A DNA stretch of 31,343 bases from Fidelibacterota bacterium (GTDB taxonomy: Bacteria; Fidelibacterota; Fidelibacteria; Fidelibacterales; Fidelibacteraceae), in contig JAYEOX010000150.1 in NCBI GenBank assembly GCA_034723415.1, positions 1 through 31,343 of the forward strand, in the 5' to 3' direction. The position numbers and the translations under genes are program-made. The notes below the pieces were generated by a model. The model was not told the origin of the DNA. It did no database searches and saw nothing but the letters and a program-made list of their open reading frames with translations. This document shows, piece by piece, positions 26,202 through 31,343 of the stretch; positions within the stretch are counted from its first letter, which is position 1; every line of letters starts with the position of its first letter.

Positions 26202-28355
26202 TCACAATGCAAATCGCCAAATTAATTTTCCAACAATAGTAGTTCGCTCTAAATTAAAATCATTTTCCGTATCATATTCTTGATTAATTACAAAATAAAA
26301 ATAGCTGCCAATTTTTGGTATCCAATTTATTCTGTAATTTACTACAATGTTATTATCTTCATTATTCCATTGTGCAAACAAACTAGTTTGAAGTTTAGGG
26401 TTAAATGCATAAGCAATATTTCCGCCAAACTCGTCTGTTGTAAAGGAATGCTCCGGAAGTTGTATATAATTTCTTTCCCAATCTAATTCAAAATTTAAGT
26501 GTTTATTAATATTAAATGAGGGAAACAATCCAATTTTTTGACGATGACCTGTATAAAATTCGCCACCACTAACAATAGCAAATGCTGATATTTTCCTTCC
26601 GCCAAAAGTCTTCATTATTATTTCAAGACGATTGTCCCAATAATTACCTGCCGGGATTGTATCATTTCCAAATAATTCAAAACTCTCAGTTGGTTTGTCA
26701 ATTTCATGTTGGACATTGAATTCAAAAAAATCGCCACTTTTTGCAACAAATCCAAATGGCCGCCATTCATAAAAAACCGATTCCGTCTTTTTGGTTTCAT
26801 TATTGATATAATAGTTAATATCAATCGGTTTAAAAATTAGGTTTCTAAAGAATGATAACTTCTTAAATCGCGGATTAAATTGCAATTCCGTAGCAAACAT
26901 TTGGTAATTCGTTCTGCTTCTATAACCCATCTCAGGATTAAATTCAGATTGAACAGTTGTGAATTCAAAATCATATTCGACAACATCATTTGGATAATTT
27001 AAAAAAACACTATAGGTAAGATTGTCGTGATTCAAATTTTCAGCTTCCCCAAAATCTTTGGTTTCTGACAATGCAAACGATCCACCGACACGAAGATTTT
27101 TCTTATCAAGAAATTTTGTTGTTGAATATGTAAAATCAGTCCCATAAACTCTATTATAATGGTCTTTAGAATATTTCTGCGTTACAATTCCGCCAATGCT
27201 CGATTGCTTAAAAATATCTTGTTTCACTTTTACAACAGAATAATTTGTTGAAGGAATTGAATCAACTTCGCTTGTTTGAATTGTCATGATTCCAAAATTT
27301 GTTTTATTCAATTTCCCAAATAATCTCCCACCACCTAATATTGGAACTTTTGTTCCATCATCAATACCTATTCTACGACTATAGAAAAGACGAGTTCTAT
27401 CTACATTCATTTTGTAATAGCTATTTCCTTCAAGAAAAAACTGTCTCTTTTCAGGATAATATATTGAAAACCTTGAAAGATTAATTTGCTTCCTGTCCGA
27501 TTCAACTTGAGCAAAATCGGTATTTACTGAAAAATTTAATTTCAAAGTTGGTGTAATATCGAAATTTATCTCGCCACCAATCTTGGTTGTATTTTCAGTT
27601 TCACCATCAACAAATTCATAACCGCTAAGGATATATGGCTTGATTTCTATTTTTGTTCCTTGCTCAATATTCTCAATTCCAATTAGTTTACCACCTTGAG
27701 AAATACTTTCTACATCATACAACCTTGACCACCCCTGCCACATAAGCTGTTCTTTTTTCCTTCGAATATTTCTCTCAAAATTAATACCCCAAATTTGTGA
27801 TTTTTCTTTTTTAAATTTCAATGTACTGAAAGGAATTTTCATTTCTGCGAACCAACCATCTTCGGTTATTCTCGTCACAACATCCCAAACACCATTCCAA
27901 TCTTTGTTAAACTCCTTGCCTTCATCACCGACCAAAACATCTGCCTTTGCACCATTTGGATTCGTTACAAATAAATATCCGTTTCTGTTATCATTAAATG
28001 TGCTGATCATTATTTCAAAATTATCATCACTTCTCCAACTAAAATCACGAGCCATTTTTTGTGCCGAAATTTTTTCTGGCTCACTATCAAAACACCAAAT
28101 ACCAAAATAGATTTCATTTTTATTGTAAACAACTTTAACTTTAGTTTTTTCTGTTGCCGGTTCTCCTTCATTTTGTTCCCTTTGTGTAAAATTCTCAATA
28201 CCGGCAATTCTATTCCAGCAATTTTCATCTAAATTTCCATCTATTTTAATTTGTCCTTTGTAGAACATTGCTCTGAGTGAATCGGGTTTAGAATGCTGTG
28301 CAACAAGATTGATGCTTAATAAAAATGTTGTTAAGCAGATTACGAAATTTTTCAT
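26202..28355 (-). CDS. Exported CBM9/DOMON-like + DUF5916 (predicted beta-barrel) protein
   Basis: Signal peptide; IKIDGNLDE..W, WFAEMKIPFSTLKF, WGINFERNIRR, NTDFAQVESD, RFSIYYPEKRQFFLEG, LFYSRRIG. Confidence 0.88.
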   Translation of the reverse strand: MKNFVICLTTFLLSINLVAQHSKPDSLRAMFYKGQIKIDGNLDENCWNRIAGIENFTQREQNEGEPATEKTKVKVVYNKNEIYFGIWCFDSEPEKISAQKMARDFSWRSDDNFEIMISTFNDNRNGYLFVTNPNGAKADVLVGDEGKEFNKDWNGVWDVVTRITEDGWFAEMKIPFSTLKFKKEKSQIWGINFERNIRRKKEQLMWQGWSRLYDVESISQGGKLIGIENIEQGTKIEIKPYILSGYEFVDGETENTTKIGGEINFDITPTLKLNFSVNTDFAQVESDRKQINLSRFSIYYPEKRQFFLEGNSYYKMNVDRTRLFYSRRIGIDDGTKVPILGGGRLFGKLNKTNFGIMTIQTSEVDSIPSTNYSVVKVKQDIFKQSSIGGIVTQKYSKDHYNRVYGTDFTYSTTKFLDKKNLRVGGSFALSETKDFGEAENLNHDNLTYSVFLNYPNDVVEYDFEFTTVQSEFNPEMGYRSRTNYQMFATELQFNPRFKKLSFFRNLIFKPIDINYYINNETKKTESVFYEWRPFGFVAKSGDFFEFNVQHEIDKPTESFELFGNDTIPAGNYWDNRLEIIMKTFGGRKISAFAIVSGGEFYTGHRQKIGLFPSFNINKHLNFELDWERNYIQLPEHSFTTDEFGGNIAYAFNPKLQTSLFAQWNNEDNNIVVNYRINWIPKIGSYFYFVINQEYDTENDFNLERTTIVGKLIWRFAL

Positions 28356-28422
28356 TATTCCATTATTATTTTTGGCATATTGTTTTTTATAAATTTGTTT
28401 CTAATTATTAAATATCTGTTTT

Positions 28423-29364
28423 TTATTCCAATTCTACATTCAAATCAGTTAGAATAAGTGAATCAACAGAATCAAAATATCCTCCTGATTCTCCCGATAC
28501 TGTCGTATTTTCAATCCCATTTATTGTGATTATTCTTTGAATTAAACCTTGCTTGCTTATAAGATCAGAGACACAGATATCATCATCCCACTCACCATCA
28601 TGATCCATATCATAAAGCCATTTTATTTCATAACATTCAAAAGTGCCAACATTTAACTCTACATCCTTTTTATCAATAACTTTTTTATCCAACCGCCAAG
28701 GATCGTTATCTTGTCTGAATATCCATTGATCACCAATTTCAATTGGATATTGTAATATTTTTAAAGGCGGGTCTTCATAAATAATTGAATCTGAAAAAAC
28801 TCTTTGGTTTGGTATTGCTTGCTGTATAAAATCAGACAATTGCTTATAATTCTTGAATTTTAATCCTTTAAAGACAATTGAACCCTCACTTTGTTTTTTA
28901 AGCAAGATAATGGAACCGCCTGATTTATAAGCATATTCAAAAAGGCCATCATTATTATTTTTATAATAATTTATTGCTGTGCTCATAGAATTTATTCCTG
29001 TGATACTACTATCAACTCCAACGACTTCAATTGCTTCAACTAAATTTTCAAGAGTAACTTTTTTTGTAACCTTTACAGAAACGCCAGACGAAAAAGTTGA
29101 AGTATCTTCATATTGATGTTGAATAATAGCAGTATCTGAATAAGAATACATATTCCAACTGTGTGTATATTCCCAAGTGTTACCGATTGAGAGTGGATAT
29201 TCAAAACTTTCATTATTTTCATCTTCCGGACCAAAACAGGAATAAATGCTCAATAGAAAAACACCAAGAAGAATTATTTTCTTTATATTAACTTTTTCTG
29301 AGATATTGAATAACATGGTTTTATTATTACTAATTACTTTGTGTACATTATTTACTTTTGACAT
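28423..29364 (-). CDS. Hypothetical lipoprotein
   Basis: KKIILLGVFLLSIYS-C lipobox-like segment; YPLSIGNTWEY and YPIEIGDQW, VGTFECYEIKW. Start uncertain (29364 has RBS AGGA; 29316 is an alternative). Confidence 0.65.
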   Translation of the reverse strand: MSKVNNVHKVISNNKTMLFNISEKVNIKKIILLGVFLLSIYSCFGPEDENNESFEYPLSIGNTWEYTHSWNMYSYSDTAIIQHQYEDTSTFSSGVSVKVTKKVTLENLVEAIEVVGVDSSITGINSMSTAINYYKNNNDGLFEYAYKSGGSIILLKKQSEGSIVFKGLKFKNYKQLSDFIQQAIPNQRVFSDSIIYEDPPLKILQYPIEIGDQWIFRQDNDPWRLDKKVIDKKDVELNVGTFECYEIKWLYDMDHDGEWDDDICVSDLISKQGLIQRIITINGIENTTVSGESGGYFDSVDSLILTDLNVELE

Positions 29365-29433
29365 ATAATCCTATTAATATATTTTATTCAGATTCTATTA
29401 TAAATATTTTATTTGTTATTTTTATTACTCTTA

Positions 29434-31236
29434 TTATTTTTTCCTCTTAGCTCTTTTCCTATCATTCTCATTAAGTAAAATTTTTCTTATACGAATTGAC
29501 TTTGGTGTTACTTCAATATATTCATCTTTCCCAACATATTCCATTGCTTCTTCTAATGAAAATTTTACTGCCGGGGCGATTGAAGTTTTTTCATCTGCAC
29601 CTGAAGCACGCATATTTGATAGTTTTTTTGTCTTCGTTACATTAGCTACAATATCTTCATCTTTATTGCTTTCTCCGATCACTTGCCCTGCATATACTTT
29701 TTCATTTGGATCAATAAAAAATTGTCCTCTATCCTGTAACTTGTCAATCGAATATGCGACAGATAATCCTGTATTCATCGCTATCAGTGCACCATTTCTT
29801 TTACTTTTTATATTACCTTTCCATGGCTCATAACCGTGAAACCGATGCGAAATTACAGCTTCTCCTTTTGTTGCAATTAACATAGGATTTGTAATTCCTA
29901 TTAGTCCTCTTGCAGATATTTTAAATTCAAGATTTATCCTATCATTCCTTGGCTCAATATTTAAAATATCTCCCTTTCGTTTACTGACAATTTCAATTAC
30001 TTTTCCTGAATATTTTTCCGGAACACTTACATATAATAGTTCTATCGGTTCATGTTTAAATCCATCTATCTCTTTAATAACTACATTTGGCTGACCTAAT
30101 TGAAATTCGTAACCTTCACGTCTCATTGTTTCCACTAAAATGGATAAGTGAAGAACGCCTCTGCCATAAACCCGCAATTTATCCGGTGAATTTGTTTCTT
30201 CAACTTTTAATGCCAAATTCTTTTCCGTCTCTTTAAACAATCTTTCTCTGAGATGTCTTGAGGTTACAAATTTTCCCTCTTTGCCAAAAAATGGTGAATC
30301 ATTAATTGTAAAAATCATGCTCATTGACGGTTCGTCAACTGAAATTGGTGTTAATGCTTCCGGGTCTTCAGAATCTGCAATTGTGTCCCCAATATCAAAA
30401 TGCTCAAGACCAACAATAGCTACTATTTCCCCTGATTTAACTTCTTTTTTTGTTTTCTCTTTTCCCAACCCTTCAAAAAGAAATAGTTCTTTTACTACAG
30501 CTTTGTTTGTTTCACCATTTTTCTGAACAATGGCAACCTCTTCTCCCATTTTTATACTTCCACGATGTATTCTTCCTACCGCAATCCTTCCTGTATATGA
30601 AGAATAGTCCAAAGAGCTGATCTGTAATTGTAAAGTCCCGGGATTATCTTTTGGAGAATCAAAATATTCAATAATTGTATCTAATAAAAAAGTAATATCT
30701 CTCGTCGGCGTTTCCCAATCGGGCCCCATCCATCCTTGTTTTGAAGAACCATAAATAACAGGATATTCCAACTGCTCTTCTGTCGCATCAAGTGAAAACA
30801 TTAATTCAAAAACATCCTCATTTGTCTTTTCAGGATCACAATTTAGCTTGTCAACTTTATTAATTACTAATATGGGTTTTAAGCCAAGTTCCAAAGCTTT
30901 TTGCAAAACAAATCTCGTCTGAGGCATAGGTCCCTCAAAAGCATCAACAACCAGCAAAACCCCATCTGCCATATTCAATACACGCTCAACTTCTCCACCA
31001 AAATCGGAGTGACCGGGGGTATCAATAATATTTATTTTCGTCCCTTTGTATCTTACCGAAACATTTTTTGATAAAATAGTTATTCCTCGTTCGCGCTCCA
31101 AATCATTTGAATCTAAAATCAAATCCCGCACCTCCTGATTTTCTCTGAATAGTTCCGTCTGGTGCAAAATTCTATCAACTAATGTTGTCTTTCCATGATC
31201 AACATGTGCAATAATTGCAATATTTCTTATGTCCAT
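29434..31236 (-). CDS. typA: Translational GTPase TypA/BipA
   Basis: RNIAIIAHVDHGKTT, ERERGITI, DTPGHSDFGGEVER, NKVD, GRGVLHLSILVETMRREG, K..SNMRASG, EVTPKSIRIRK. Confidence 0.98.
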   Translation of the reverse strand: MDIRNIAIIAHVDHGKTTLVDRILHQTELFRENQEVRDLILDSNDLERERGITILSKNVSVRYKGTKINIIDTPGHSDFGGEVERVLNMADGVLLVVDAFEGPMPQTRFVLQKALELGLKPILVINKVDKLNCDPEKTNEDVFELMFSLDATEEQLEYPVIYGSSKQGWMGPDWETPTRDITFLLDTIIEYFDSPKDNPGTLQLQISSLDYSSYTGRIAVGRIHRGSIKMGEEVAIVQKNGETNKAVVKELFLFEGLGKEKTKKEVKSGEIVAIVGLEHFDIGDTIADSEDPEALTPISVDEPSMSMIFTINDSPFFGKEGKFVTSRHLRERLFKETEKNLALKVEETNSPDKLRVYGRGVLHLSILVETMRREGYEFQLGQPNVVIKEIDGFKHEPIELLYVSVPEKYSGKVIEIVSKRKGDILNIEPRNDRINLEFKISARGLIGITNPMLIATKGEAVISHRFHGYEPWKGNIKSKRNGALIAMNTGLSVAYSIDKLQDRGQFFIDPNEKVYAGQVIGESNKDEDIVANVTKTKKLSNMRASGADEKTSIAPAVKFSLEEAMEYVGKDEYIEVTPKSIRIRKILLNENDRKRAKRKK

Positions 31237-31343
31237 TTATTTCCTTATTTCTCTTTATTAATAATATTTTAAACGATTTTTCATATCCTTTTTCTTAAAA
31301 TTCACTTACTTAAATTTACAAAAAAATAATTAATTATCACACT

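Noticed and set aside
2033..30526. Many 60-100 aa ORFs overlapping larger genes (e.g. 2033..2338, 3077..3337, 11791..12033, 12996..13268, 22025..22306, 30281..30526)
   Set aside because: They lie within well-supported CDSs on the opposite strand or another frame, with no motifs or RBS.
1..31343. Alternative genetic code or selenocysteine read-through
   Set aside because: Conserved genes translate full-length in code 11 and end at TAA, TAG or TGA at the expected positions; the thioredoxin has an ordinary CxxC.

Overview
AT-rich, gene-dense bacterial chromosomal segment with no integrase, transposase, phage or CRISPR signatures. Shine-Dalgarno motifs (AGGAG/GGAG), near-consensus sigma70 promoters and secreted proteins ending in 'PNPxN/T' C-terminal sorting-type domains point to a non-Bacteroidia FCB-group host (Marinimicrobia/KSB1/Cloacimonadota-like). 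This lineage call is an inference. Contents in order: a partial C10 cysteine protease missed by the ORF track; tRNA-Ser(CGA); comM/yifB; nitroreductase; MTH1187-family protein; a pgk-tpiA-secG-tRNA-Leu(GAG)-TPR-HAD-acpS cluster; a metallophosphoesterase; cstA; an envelope cluster (phosphoesterase/PQQ-propeller, degenerate amidohydrolase, SprE/PorW-like TPR lipoprotein, rlpA); a small beta-barrel; an S8 protease; a full-length but catalytically eroded PurL-like protein; an aromatic amino-acid operon (chorismate mutase, aroF, TyrA-PDT fusion lacking ACT); SemiSWEET; thioredoxin; a CBM9/DUF5916 protein; a lipoprotein; and typA. Best leads: the PurL pseudoenzyme, the secreted amidohydrolase pseudoenzyme in an envelope operon, the TyrA-PDT fusion, T9SS-like cargo with a SprE-like lipoprotein, enrichment of D-S/T O-glycosylation sequons, small nested intergenic repeats, and an exact 21-bp duplication between pgk and tpiA. 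I found no clear-cut complete novel system, so these are candidates for follow-up.
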